From positions 306,491 through 370,490 of the forward strand of contig JAUVNS010000003.1 of assembly GCA_030599585.1 (NCBI GenBank): 64,000 nucleotides of DNA. The letters run 5' to 3'. The stretch comes from Promethearchaeota archaeon. GTDB lineage: Archaea; Asgardarchaeota; Lokiarchaeia; Sigyniarchaeales; SOKP01. Position 1 is the first letter of the stretch. Each line of letters begins with the position of its first letter. The translations under genes were made by a program, and so were the position numbers. Positions 1 through 10,614 of this stretch are shown piece after piece. The notes beneath the pieces were generated by a model, which worked only from the letters and a program-made list of their open reading frames with translations, did no database searches and was not told the origin of the DNA.

Positions 1-1
1 C

Positions 2-175
2 ATTGAAAGTAAATTTACCTATACGCAAGAACAATTAATTCACGCAATAAGGAGTAAGAAGTTAATTAAAGAAATCCCCATAATCGCTAGAAAGACTAGG
101 AAAAGCAGGTTATTTGGTAATATATTTGAATATTTTTACAGAGCAACAATTACTATCTTGAAAATATTTATTTAA
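2..175 (+). CDS. 3' end of a probable GT2 (DPM-synthase-like) glycosyltransferase, truncated by the window edge
   Basis: My translation of frame 2: IESKFTYTQEQLIHAIRSKKLIKEIPIIARKTRKSRLF...*. The 'F.Y..E.li.A...iKEiPI..R..r.SRLF' pattern is typical of GT2 C-termini. Confidence 0.6.
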   Translation: MESKFTYTQEQLIHAIRSKKLIKEIPIIARKTRKSRLFGNIFEYFYRATITILKIFI

Positions 176-367
176 ACTGACTTTTTTAACACTTTTTTTC
201 TGAAATTATTTTTTCTCTGAACCTACTTGACCATCCATAAGCTCCATATCTTAACATTCTTTGTTCATTAAAATATGTTTAGCGAATTTACTTGTAAATA
301 TAATAAAAAAATCATAGCGAATTTTTTAAATTACTTAACTTTAATTAAAGTAAACTAATCAAAAAAG

Positions 368-919
368 TTGTTAAAATTGGCAAAATTAAGTAAATATCTA
401 ACAAGGATAAGAGAAAATAAAGTTAGACCATATATAAAAGGAAAAGTTTTAGATATTGGATGTGGTGATGCTAAAGCAATTAATTATGAAACGGTAACTA
501 GATATTTTGGAGTAGATTTAGATTATAAATGTAAAGAATTAGCAAAAAAGTATCCCCTAGGAGAGTTTTATTCAAAAAATTTAGAAAATGATAAAATTAA
601 TCTACCAGAGAAAGTGGATTTAGTTCTTATGACAGCCTTCATAGAGCACATTAAGAACTATGAAAATCCATTTAGACAATCAATCAATAACTTAAAGAGT
701 GGTGGAAGTATTGTGATAACAACCCCTACTAAATTTGGTAATTTTATTCATTTCTGTGGTGAGATTTTAGGTTTGCTTCCAAAATCTGTAAGAGATAGTC
801 ATAAAATAATTTTATCAAAAAGTGATTTTATAAAAATTGGACAAAAATACAATTTAAAATTAATAAAATACAAAAAATTTGAATTGTTTTGTAATCATTT
901 TGTGATTTTTGAAAAATGA
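368..919 (+). CDS. Class I SAM-dependent methyltransferase
   Basis: VLDIGCG motif I, GVDLD, FIEHI, LKSGGSIVITTP; TTG start. Confidence 0.85.
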   Translation: MLKLAKLSKYLTRIRENKVRPYIKGKVLDIGCGDAKAINYETVTRYFGVDLDYKCKELAKKYPLGEFYSKNLENDKINLPEKVDLVLMTAFIEHIKNYENPFRQSINNLKSGGSIVITTPTKFGNFIHFCGEILGLLPKSVRDSHKIILSKSDFIKIGQKYNLKLIKYKKFELFCNHFVIFEK

Positions 920-1077
920 AAAAAGTTGGCTCTTGCATTACCCTTCTTGAGAATGTAATTACATAATGTTTATTAATATTGAATATATCTCAATTTTTCT
1001 GTTGAAACCTCAAAAATGAAAGTTTTAAGAATATTACTTAATTAAAAAAAGGAAGATTAAGATTTTTTAAAATTTAT

Positions 1078-2283
1078 ATGAAGAAAAAATATATTTGTGA
1101 ATCATCAATGAATATCAAAATGATATTATACAAAAATTTCATTTCAGATACAAGGGTTCAAAGAGAAGCTATCTGTTTAGCTCAAAATGGATATGAAATT
1201 GAAGTGATTAATTGTAAAGGTCCTAAAGATAATAATACTAATATAAATAATGATAAACGTATAAAAAATAGTGAAATCATGGAAGTTCAACCAAAAAAAC
1301 GTGAAACAGTAAAATCACTGTTAAAATTTTGGATATTGGCACTATTTCATTTAATAAGAGAAAAAACCCCCCCAAATATAATTCATGCTCATGATTTAAC
1401 AGGACTTCCACCAGCAGTTTTATACAAAATTTTATTCCCAAAAGTTAAATTGATTTATGACTCACATGAACTCTTCCCAGAAGCTGCAAAAGACAAACTA
1501 AATAAAATCTATTGGTTATTTTTTTTATTATTAGAATTTATTTGTAGCAAATTTATTACCGTTCTTATCGGTGCAAGTCCATTACAACTTAAAATTCTAA
1601 AAAGAAGAATAAATAAACCTCAATTTTGTATTTTGAATGTACCAGATTTAGATTTTATTAAAAAAAAAAAAGATTTTGATTATGAAAATCTTAAGTTTCA
1701 CCCCTTATCTCCTAAAAAAGAAAAAAAAGTTAAGATAATCTATTCTGGAGGTGTATATACACATAGAGGATATGACGAATTTATATTGGTTGCTGTTAAA
1801 ATACTGGAAAAAAATCATAATTTCGAGTTTTGGATAGTTGGTGGTGGTAATTATTTAAACAATGTAAAAGAGATGATAAAGGGGTATAAAATAACTAATC
1901 ATTTCATCTTCACAGGAGCAGTCCCATATTGTGACCTTTTAAAATTAACCTATAACTGTGATATTGCTATTGGTTTATATGAAGATACTGTAAATAATAA
2001 TATTATGATTTCAAACAAAATATTTGAATACATGTTGGTCGGAATACCATTTTTATTTACTAATTTAAAGTCATCACAACCATATTTAAAAATGGTAAAA
2101 GCAATTAAAATAGGCTTTCCTCTTGATATAGAACAAATTGCTGAAAAAATACTGCTTCTTGCGAATAATGAAAACACACAATATGAAATATCAAAAAAAA
2201 GTAAATCCTTAATAATAGAAAAATTAAACTGGAAAAATGAATCAGTAAAATTATTAGAAGCGTATTTAGAAGCTTTAAAATAA
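1078..2283 (+). CDS. Glycosyltransferase family 4
   Basis: DTRVQREA, HAHD, YDSHE, SNKIFEYM motifs. Confidence 0.9.
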   Translation: MKKKYICESSMNIKMILYKNFISDTRVQREAICLAQNGYEIEVINCKGPKDNNTNINNDKRIKNSEIMEVQPKKRETVKSLLKFWILALFHLIREKTPPNIIHAHDLTGLPPAVLYKILFPKVKLIYDSHELFPEAAKDKLNKIYWLFFLLLEFICSKFITVLIGASPLQLKILKRRINKPQFCILNVPDLDFIKKKKDFDYENLKFHPLSPKKEKKVKIIYSGGVYTHRGYDEFILVAVKILEKNHNFEFWIVGGGNYLNNVKEMIKGYKITNHFIFTGAVPYCDLLKLTYNCDIAIGLYEDTVNNNIMISNKIFEYMLVGIPFLFTNLKSSQPYLKMVKAIKIGFPLDIEQIAEKILLLANNENTQYEISKKSKSLIIEKLNWKNESVKLLEAYLEALK

Positions 2284-2404
2284 TATTTAATTTTTTTAAT
2301 TAAAATATTTAAACAAATAAAACAATAACAGTTTAAGTTTTAGAAGTTAGAATAAAGATAGATTAGACATCTTCAATACACTTTAAGAAAGACTCAAGTT
2401 AATT

Positions 2405-3613
2405 ATGAAATATCTGCACTTTATGATGGATCAATTTTATTCAAGAGAATTTATTGAACAAATTCAATCTAGCTTTAAAATTGAAGAACATTATTTCATT
2501 ATAGTTAAAAAAAAGAACAGAAAAAATTATATTATTTCAGAAAATTATCAGAACATTGAAGTAATTACAATTTCGCGTAAGAAAAAAATTTTAGAATTTA
2601 CCCTTTCGCATATAAAGTTCTTTACTATGGAATATAAAAGGATTCGAAAAATGATGAGACAAGCAGAAAATATCATCATTCATAATTTGACAGAAGAAAT
2701 ATCTGGAATATTATTCGGATTCAAAGGAAAAGCAAAAACATTATGGGTAATTTGGGGAGGTGACTTATATGATTACATCCCATTAAATTTATATGATCAT
2801 TACACTTCAAGATTATTACTAAAATTAGATAATAGAGTAATATCGGGTTTTATAAATTTCTACTATTCTTTTTTCTATGAAATAAAAAAGGCAGTAATAA
2901 GAAGACTTGATTATGTAATTTCTGCGTATAAGGGAGATCTTACATTATTTATTAAATATTTTAAAACTAGAGCAGAATGCTATACTCAAAATATTTATCC
3001 TAATCCTGTTGATTTTAAAAAATTAGATGCGGGATTAAGTTATTCTATTGACAAAAAGTATTATTTTAAAAAAAAAGGATACAAATTACTCTTACTTGGT
3101 AATTCCGGAGGATCAACAAATAATCATCTCGATTTATTGATCCGGTTATCTGAAATGGAAGAACAAAATTTTAGAATAATCTGCCCACTTTCTTATGGCT
3201 CTCCGATTTATATTAAGAAGATTATTGAAAAAGGTAAAACGCTCTTTGGAGATCGATTTGTCCCTCTGCTTGAATTTTTAAAACCAGATATTTATTTTCA
3301 CATCTTAAAACAGATTGATTTAGCAATTTTGTATCACAATCGGCAACAAGGGCAGGGAAATATCCAAATTCTTACATATTTGGGGAAACCAATATGCATG
3401 AAAAAAACGTCAATATTTTTTCATCTCAAAGAAAGGGGAGTGTCTGTTTTTTCAACTCAAGATTTAGAAAGATTACTATTAAACGAGATAGAATTTACTG
3501 AAGTTATGTCTAAAAAGAATAAAAAAATCGCATCGCAAAATCTTTCGGTAAAATCACTAATATCGTCAATAGAAAGCGTTTTTAATTTATTAGAAAATAG
3601 AAAATTTAGATAA
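2405..3613 (+). CDS. GT56 / WecF(RffT)-like TDP-Fuc4NAc transferase
   Basis: WGGDLY, LLGNSG..TNNH, ICPLSYG and NRQQGQGNI motifs characteristic of the 4-alpha-L-fucosyltransferase (WecF) family. Confidence 0.8.
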   Translation: MKYLHFMMDQFYSREFIEQIQSSFKIEEHYFIIVKKKNRKNYIISENYQNIEVITISRKKKILEFTLSHIKFFTMEYKRIRKMMRQAENIIIHNLTEEISGILFGFKGKAKTLWVIWGGDLYDYIPLNLYDHYTSRLLLKLDNRVISGFINFYYSFFYEIKKAVIRRLDYVISAYKGDLTLFIKYFKTRAECYTQNIYPNPVDFKKLDAGLSYSIDKKYYFKKKGYKLLLLGNSGGSTNNHLDLLIRLSEMEEQNFRIICPLSYGSPIYIKKIIEKGKTLFGDRFVPLLEFLKPDIYFHILKQIDLAILYHNRQQGQGNIQILTYLGKPICMKKTSIFFHLKERGVSVFSTQDLERLLLNEIEFTEVMSKKNKKIASQNLSVKSLISSIESVFNLLENRKFR

Positions 3614-3727
3614 GGTTTTGAAAGTAAGATTATAAAAATTATTGAGAAATGAAACCTGTACTAAAAATTATTAATTTCATTGAGTTCAAAGAGATATAAT
3701 TAAAAAGATTGATATTGGGAGATTAAA

Positions 3728-4678
3728 ATGAGTAAAAAAATTCTAATATTGGGAGGTTTTGGTTTTATAGGTACAAATCTAATAATAGAATTATTAAAAA
3801 ATGAAAAATTTGAAATAGTAGTCTTTGAAACTAAAAATTCTATTTTTGGGGAACAGGAACTTTTAAAAAAGATAGAAGTGCATAAAGGAGATTTTAATAA
3901 AGTAGAAGATTATAAAGTAATTTTTAAAAATAATAAAATCGACTTGGTTGTCCACTTAATAAGCACAACTATTCCTTCAACCTCTAACAATAACATTAAA
4001 TTTGATATTGAATCAAATCTCATAAATACTATAAATCTTTTAGATGTTATGATAAAATATAATTGTAAAAATATTGTTTTTTTCTCTTCTGGAGGTACAG
4101 TTTATGGTCCATCAAAAAAAAAAACCAAAAAAAAAGAAGAAGATTCAAAGAATCCAATCTGTTCTTATGGAATAATTAAATTAACTATTGAAGAATATAT
4201 TAAGCTTTATGATTATTTATACGATTTAAATTATCTTATCATTAGACCATCAAACCCATATGGAGAACATCATTATAAATTAAATCAAGGCTTAATAAAT
4301 GTCATTCTCAGTAAAATTATTAATAATGAAACCGTGGAAATTTGGGGCGATGGTTCTATAGTAAGAGATTACATATATATTAAAGATCTTGCTAAATTTG
4401 TCAGGGAGTTAATCGAGAAAGATATTAAGAAAGAAATTTTTAATGTTGGAACAGGAAAGGGATATTCTATTAATAGGATTATAAATTTCATTCAGAATGA
4501 AATAGGAGATTTCAAAGTAACATATTTAAAAGAAAGAAAAGTAGATATAAAGAATTTTGAACTAAATATAGATAAATTAAAATCATTTATTAATTTAGAT
4601 TTGACAAGTATTAAAACGGGAATAAAAAAAACATACACATGGTTAAAAAAGATTCATCAAGAAACTAGTGCCTGTTAA
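3728..4678 (+). CDS. NAD-dependent nucleotide-sugar epimerase/dehydratase
   Basis: GGFGFIG Rossmann motif, SSGGTVYG, YGIIK (YxxxK), RPSNPYG. Confidence 0.9.
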   Translation: MSKKILILGGFGFIGTNLIIELLKNEKFEIVVFETKNSIFGEQELLKKIEVHKGDFNKVEDYKVIFKNNKIDLVVHLISTTIPSTSNNNIKFDIESNLINTINLLDVMIKYNCKNIVFFSSGGTVYGPSKKKTKKKEEDSKNPICSYGIIKLTIEEYIKLYDYLYDLNYLIIRPSNPYGEHHYKLNQGLINVILSKIINNETVEIWGDGSIVRDYIYIKDLAKFVRELIEKDIKKEIFNVGTGKGYSINRIINFIQNEIGDFKVTYLKERKVDIKNFELNIDKLKSFINLDLTSIKTGIKKTYTWLKKIHQETSAC

Positions 4679-5004
4679 ACCTGAATAATAGTTATAAAAA
4701 ATAATTTGATTTAAGAAATTCCCGATTATTGATGAATTTCAATTTTTTCTCATTCTCAAATCCATAAGTCGAAATTTTATTGATTTCATGTAGATTTGTT
4801 TTAATATTTATTTTACATCATTCATTCCAGAAAAAAATCAAAATGATATTTTGAATTTAATATTCTCTTATTAATATTTTATTGAAAAAATTAAATTTAT
4901 GAAAAAATCCCAAAATTTCACAAAAATCTATAGTCCCATCAGATTCTTAAAAAAAAAGTGATTGGAATATTACAAATATTTACAAAATATATGTATTCTT
5001 ATAT

Positions 5005-6876
5005 TCAATCTCTATATTTATTATTGAAAACTTGTTGAAGCCATATTTCAATTGTTAAAGCACGACAAATCTTTTTAGAAGTATTATAATTATAGTCATT
5101 AAATAACTTTTTCAAAATAATTAAAAAAGATTTTTTTGAATCTCGCAACAAATCTAAGAAATATTCTCTTATTGCAAAGAAAATAAATTTTTGCATATTT
5201 AGACATCTATAAATTAGACTAGAGTTTTTGATAATAGGATTTAAATATTTAACAATAAAATTTATATCAATATATTTTGAATAAAGAGCATTTTCAGGAT
5301 TTAGAATTTTTTTTGTCAATTTTATGATCTTGTGAGTTCTTAACCAATTCCCATAATCGGCATAATTTTTCTTAGATTCAATTATTGAAAATTTTTCCAG
5401 TAATGTCTTAATGATTTCAAGAATTTTTCCATGTAATGTCATTTTTTCCGAAATAGCAAGTCCAGTTTTTTGCCATGGAATTTTTTTATAATATTCAGGA
5501 TGTTTATACAATAAGGTTTTATTATATAATTTACTGTGTAGACGATACTCATCCGGAAGAGAATATATAAATTCAATTAAATCATTGTCTAAAAAAGGTT
5601 TTCGCGTTTCTATTATACGAGATATCGCAAGTTGTCCGATATTTGTAAATCTTCTAGCACGAGTATCGATGAAATATGGACCTTCACGATTTATATTAAA
5701 GAAACTACTTTTTAAATCTGTAAATCTAATTTGATTTCCGAATCTTTTAATAGCCGCTCCTTTTTCAATTCTTTTATTGAGGTTACCAATCCAACTTCCT
5801 CCCATAATAATGTCCCCCACAAAACCGTCAATATTTATATCACATAATTTTCTAAATTGTTCCTGGGGTAATGGATTGTGCAGATGTAGAAGAGAAACTA
5901 ATCCATCGGTGTACCATACAAATTTAAATCTATTGTCCAACCAATTATCTTTATTTAACTCAAAAATATAATGGATATTATTTTTTATTTGGGAAACTAA
6001 TTTTGCAATCCTTATATCATCACAATCTTTCTTACCAAAAGTATAGTATACAACATTTAAATCTTCAATTTGATCAATTATTGCCAGATTTAATCTTGAA
6101 TCCAACCCACCACTTATAGAGACACCTAATTTTTTATCAATATTAACTCTCTTTCTTACTGCTCTTTCTAATAATTTACCTAGTTGTATCACCGCTTCGT
6201 TAAAAGTTATATTTTGAGGTTTAATTGAGCTCCATTTCCAATAACGCTTCTCTTCCACAACTTTTCTTTTTTCTAAGGAATAGGTTATCACAGAAGATGC
6301 ATTCATCAATTTCACATCTTTAAACCACGTTATTTCACCTATTAAATGTCCAAGATCCATAAAACACTTTATAGCTTGAATATTTATTATTGGTATAAAA
6401 GCTTTAAATGGTAATAAAGCCTTGAGTTCTGATACCCAAGCAAAACAATCGTTATTGTTCCAAATATATAATGGTTTCATCCCATAGCGATCGGATATAA
6501 ATTTTAGTTTTTTTTTATCATATAAAATTGCCGAATAAATTCCATCAATCTTTGAAAGCACAGTTTCTAAGTTATTATCTATATATGCATCAATTAATAA
6601 TTCTGAAAATGTCTTTGATTTGTATTTGAAAAGTTTGACAATTTCATTTAGATTATAGATTTCTCCCTCTATCCATGAATAAATTCCTGATTTTTGAAAT
6701 GGAGTATTTTTTTCTCCTAAAATTCCTAAATGGACTCTTGAGGCAATAATTTTCTCATCAGAATAGATATCATCAAATTTATCTGAGGATGTATAGCTAA
6801 TCATCTTCAAGGCATTTTCAATTTCAACTAATTTAAAATTATTTAAAATATCCACAACACCAACAAGCCCAGGAAT
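5005..6876 (-). CDS. Asparagine-synthetase-like amidotransferase, probably glycan amidation. Likely start is ATT at 6876 (track start is GTG at 6855).
   Basis: SDRYGMKPLY, SELKAL, SISGGLDSR PP-loop, RKPFLDNDL. The upstream in-frame extension reads (I/M)PGLVGVVD, preceded by a GGTGAG SD. Confidence 0.85.
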   Translation of the reverse strand: MPGLVGVVDILNNFKLVEIENALKMISYTSSDKFDDIYSDEKIIASRVHLGILGEKNTPFQKSGIYSWIEGEIYNLNEIVKLFKYKSKTFSELLIDAYIDNNLETVLSKIDGIYSAILYDKKKLKFISDRYGMKPLYIWNNNDCFAWVSELKALLPFKAFIPIINIQAIKCFMDLGHLIGEITWFKDVKLMNASSVITYSLEKRKVVEEKRYWKWSSIKPQNITFNEAVIQLGKLLERAVRKRVNIDKKLGVSISGGLDSRLNLAIIDQIEDLNVVYYTFGKKDCDDIRIAKLVSQIKNNIHYIFELNKDNWLDNRFKFVWYTDGLVSLLHLHNPLPQEQFRKLCDINIDGFVGDIIMGGSWIGNLNKRIEKGAAIKRFGNQIRFTDLKSSFFNINREGPYFIDTRARRFTNIGQLAISRIIETRKPFLDNDLIEFIYSLPDEYRLHSKLYNKTLLYKHPEYYKKIPWQKTGLAISEKMTLHGKILEIIKTLLEKFSIIESKKNYADYGNWLRTHKIIKLTKKILNPENALYSKYIDINFIVKYLNPIIKNSSLIYRCLNMQKFIFFAIREYFLDLLRDSKKSFLIILKKLFNDYNYNTSKKICRALTIEIWLQQVFNNKYRD

Positions 6877-7169
6877 AACATTCTCACCTTTGTTCTTAAA
6901 GATATTACTTCGTCTTAATTCTTTATTATTTATTCATATTATAATTAATTTTCATATTTTGTAATTTTCTATAAATATATTCACATTTATGTAGTTTTTT
7001 GATTCGCTGAGAGATCTATCTAAAATTAAATATAATCATTCATTAAATATAAAAAATTGAAATGAGTAAGATAAAAAATCCTTTAATATTATTTTCATTT
7101 TAATCCTTTAAATTGAATTTTAATATATAGAGGATTCTAATTTAAATAAAAAATACAGAATGTTGAAGA

Positions 7170-8447
7170 ATGTCAAGAAATATTCTATTTATAGTACGAA
7201 ATTTTGAAAAAGGAGGGGGAGAGGAAAGAACAGCTGCTGAGTTAGGTAGTAAATTTCATAATAAAGGTTATAATATATATTATCTTTCATTTTTAAAGCC
7301 GTCTATTGATACTTATAAAGTAAAAGGTAAACATTTTAGTCTCATTGAAACGGTTTATCGATTTGATCTAGGAAAAGGAATAAAAATTGTTCTAAAAGAT
7401 ATAATTAAGGTTATTAGATTTAAGTTTAGAATTTTTACATATCCAAAAATAATTAAAAATTTTACTAAAAATTATAAAATTGATCTAATTATTTCATTTG
7501 GAGAATATAATAATCTAGCTTGCTTATTAAGCAAAATTATATTCAAAAATAATACAAAATTAATAGTTTCAATCCGTAATAATCCAGATCTAATGTATAC
7601 CAAAGATCAAAGTATATTAAAATATTTCATATTTAAAATAATTACTATAAAATATCTTTATAAAAAGGCAGATGTAATTATACCAAATTTTGAAGCGGAT
7701 TTTGAAAATATATTATATAATTATAATCCTAATAAAAATAATGTTAAATCAATATTTAATCTGTATAATATAAATCATTGCATAAAATTATCCAAGGAGA
7801 AAATCCCTTTCAAATACAATGAAATTTTTGAGAATTCTTTTGTTTTTATTAATATTGGAAGGATTGTTGAACAAAAAGGTCAGATACATTTAATTAAGAG
7901 CTTTAAAAAAGTTGTGGATAAAAATAACAAAATAAAATTAGTTATTTTAGGAGAAGGATCTCTTAAAAATGACTTCGAAAAACTAGTAAAATTATTAAAT
8001 CTACAAACTAATATCTTTTTTATTGGAATTCAATCTAATGTATTTCCATTCTTAAAAAGGTCTAATTGTTTTATCTTTACATCATTATGGGAGGGATTTC
8101 CAAATGTTATTGTTGAAGCACTTTCAATGAATATCCCGATAATCTCAACGGATTGTAAATATGGTCCTAGAACAATTCTCTGTCCCGAACTAGATATTTC
8201 AGAAAAAGTTAATTATCCATACTTTGGAAAATATGGTATTTTAACCAAACCATTTTTCAATAGGAAAGCTTTAGATTATTTAAAGCTATCTAATGGGGAA
8301 AAAATCCTTTCTAATTTAATGATTAAAATTATTGAAGATCCTCATCTTAAAAAGAAATTTTCTAAAGGAATAATTAGAGCAAAAGATTTTAGTGAGGAAA
8401 AAATATTTCATGAATGGGAAAAAATAATAAAACAATTGTTAAGTTAG
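7170..8447 (+). CDS. Glycosyltransferase family 4
   Basis: GGGEER, IGRIVEQKG, SLWEGFPNVIVEA, STDCKYGP. Confidence 0.9.
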   Translation: MSRNILFIVRNFEKGGGEERTAAELGSKFHNKGYNIYYLSFLKPSIDTYKVKGKHFSLIETVYRFDLGKGIKIVLKDIIKVIRFKFRIFTYPKIIKNFTKNYKIDLIISFGEYNNLACLLSKIIFKNNTKLIVSIRNNPDLMYTKDQSILKYFIFKIITIKYLYKKADVIIPNFEADFENILYNYNPNKNNVKSIFNLYNINHCIKLSKEKIPFKYNEIFENSFVFINIGRIVEQKGQIHLIKSFKKVVDKNNKIKLVILGEGSLKNDFEKLVKLLNLQTNIFFIGIQSNVFPFLKRSNCFIFTSLWEGFPNVIVEALSMNIPIISTDCKYGPRTILCPELDISEKVNYPYFGKYGILTKPFFNRKALDYLKLSNGEKILSNLMIKIIEDPHLKKKFSKGIIRAKDFSEEKIFHEWEKIIKQLLS

Positions 8448-8545
8448 AAAATTTAATTACTTTAGGCAAAAATAAAATTACAAATCTATATGACAAATTT
8501 TTTAATTAAAGTTAGCAATTTAAGCCCAAACAAAAAGTTGATGAT

Positions 8546-10456
8546 ATGATCAATAAAACTAAAAGATTTCGCCCTTATTACTTAATTTTACTTATCCTCG
8601 CCATTATGATTCCTTTTCTATGTTATCCTTATATTTTTGGTGTTGATGCATTTGAGTTAATTTGGATGGCAAATGCTATTAAAGAAGGAGCTTTATTTTC
8701 CGAAAATACTTGGTTAATCCATCCAACATCATATTTTGGATATTACCCCTTTTCTCATCGTGCTATAGGAATTCCTTTGATAATTGCATATTTATTAAGT
8801 TTTTTAAATCTCATTTCAGTCGGAATTTTTGGTATTAGTGAAGTAATATTAGTTTATAATATTATACTTATAATAGTCTTTTATAAAGCATCACGTAGTC
8901 TTGGAAATACATTATTTAATGAAGAATGGAGCCGATTCATGTTTACAGGTGCTTTATTATTCGCTCCTCATATTATAGATGAGTTTACAATGACCATTTC
9001 CACGAGAATAGTTATTACTATCTTTATTATTCTAATATTAAATTTTAATTTAAAAATAATTTCTGGGGATTACAAAATTAACTATAAAGATATAATCTAC
9101 ATATTATTAATCTTTATACTCGGAGCCTTAATACATAGATTATGGTTAGGGATGATTATTCCATTTTTATTTACACTTATTATTTTTATTATTAGAAAAA
9201 ATAAAAACATTCTAAAATTGATTCTTATTTTTATTTTACCCTTAATTATTATCTGTTTTTTCTTGGGATTGTCAATTTTCGGTATTATGCCCCGTTTTGA
9301 ACTAAATAATTCAAGTTTAATTCAAAGTATCCTATTCTTTTTAAATTATTATGGATTTAATTTGGGATTAATCTCTCTTTTTTTTCCAATAGGCATAATA
9401 ATTATGATTTATAAAATATCTATAATATTAAAAAAAAAATATAAAATAGAGTCATCAATTTTTAAAGAAAAAAAGTTTCTTTTATTACAAAAAAACCTCT
9501 ATTTAATCCTTTTTATTATTCCATTTATTTTCCTGTCACCCCAATTGTTTTACGCACTAACTCTTTTTTCACCTATGATAATTATCATCTCTATAAATGG
9601 TTTAATTTATATTAAGAATTATATTTCATCCATCTCTAAAACCGTAGATAGGTTTTTACCGTCAATTGTATTTTTACTTTTGTTTGGTTTTTATTTGGTA
9701 AGAATTGGAATTTTCAAGCAAACAAAAATTAATTTAGTGTTTTTATTATTATTTTCAATTGGAATTTTAATAATTTTAATATCAATTTCTATAAAAATTC
9801 ATCATAAAAAAAATAATTTTCATCTCAAATTAAGAAAAGAATTTTGGATTATTACATTAATTATTCCATTTCTAACATTTACTATGATGGAGATACAGAT
9901 GAGAAATTACGAAAGAATGAATAGTTCTTATCCTTGGGAAAATAATTATCTTACAAATGAAGAAAAACAAATAATCAATTATTTTCAAAACAAAGATTTA
10001 AATGGTTTGATATTTGTTTGCGACGATGAAATTTCGGCAAGAATTGGAGGAATAGGATTTTTACCTACTTTTCATGGATTAGAACTGATTGGATTATGCT
10101 TATGGTATGGTGTGGTTAGTCCAGAAGAAATTCACATGGGAACAAAAGTATCATCTTCTCTGTTAGATTTAATAGCTCAGTATTATTATTTTTATAAACC
10201 TCTAAATGCCAATTGGTCGTCAGAATCATGGCCTTTAGAGGTTCTGAAGCTAAAAATTATCAAATTAAACATGACATACTTAATGGATTGCTTACTTATT
10301 CAATCTGAATACAATATTCAATATGTAGTTACTATTAAACAAAAATTTACCCATTTCAGTAATGAGTGGATCTTAATAGAATCTTTATACCAATCAGATT
10401 TAGAACCAATTTTTTCAACTCAACACTTTTTAGTATGGAACTTGCACGGTTTATAG
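8546..10456 (+). CDS. Multi-pass membrane protein, GT-C-fold glycosyltransferase-like
   Basis: N-terminal TM helix followed by a GVD acidic loop, more than 10 hydrophobic segments, and a soluble C-terminal domain. Located in the glycan locus. Confidence 0.55.
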   Translation: MINKTKRFRPYYLILLILAIMIPFLCYPYIFGVDAFELIWMANAIKEGALFSENTWLIHPTSYFGYYPFSHRAIGIPLIIAYLLSFLNLISVGIFGISEVILVYNIILIIVFYKASRSLGNTLFNEEWSRFMFTGALLFAPHIIDEFTMTISTRIVITIFIILILNFNLKIISGDYKINYKDIIYILLIFILGALIHRLWLGMIIPFLFTLIIFIIRKNKNILKLILIFILPLIIICFFLGLSIFGIMPRFELNNSSLIQSILFFLNYYGFNLGLISLFFPIGIIIMIYKISIILKKKYKIESSIFKEKKFLLLQKNLYLILFIIPFIFLSPQLFYALTLFSPMIIIISINGLIYIKNYISSISKTVDRFLPSIVFLLLFGFYLVRIGIFKQTKINLVFLLLFSIGILIILISISIKIHHKKNNFHLKLRKEFWIITLIIPFLTFTMMEIQMRNYERMNSSYPWENNYLTNEEKQIINYFQNKDLNGLIFVCDDEISARIGGIGFLPTFHGLELIGLCLWYGVVSPEEIHMGTKVSSSLLDLIAQYYYFYKPLNANWSSESWPLEVLKLKIIKLNMTYLMDCLLIQSEYNIQYVVTIKQKFTHFSNEWILIESLYQSDLEPIFSTQHFLVWNLHGL

Positions 10457-10614
10457 AAAAACCCCCATTAGGTTAAACCTATATATCAATTTTTATTTTC
10501 TTAGATTTTAAAGAATGAATTAGTATTTAAAAAAATACAAAATGTAATGATTTATTCCATTATCTCATTAAATTACAAAAATTAAAACTTAATCCTAAAT
10601 TAGCTAGTATCAAA

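Noticed and set aside
4690-4950. Possible decayed ORF on the minus strand (…SDGTIDF…)
   Set aside because: Multiple stops and too little similarity to assign.
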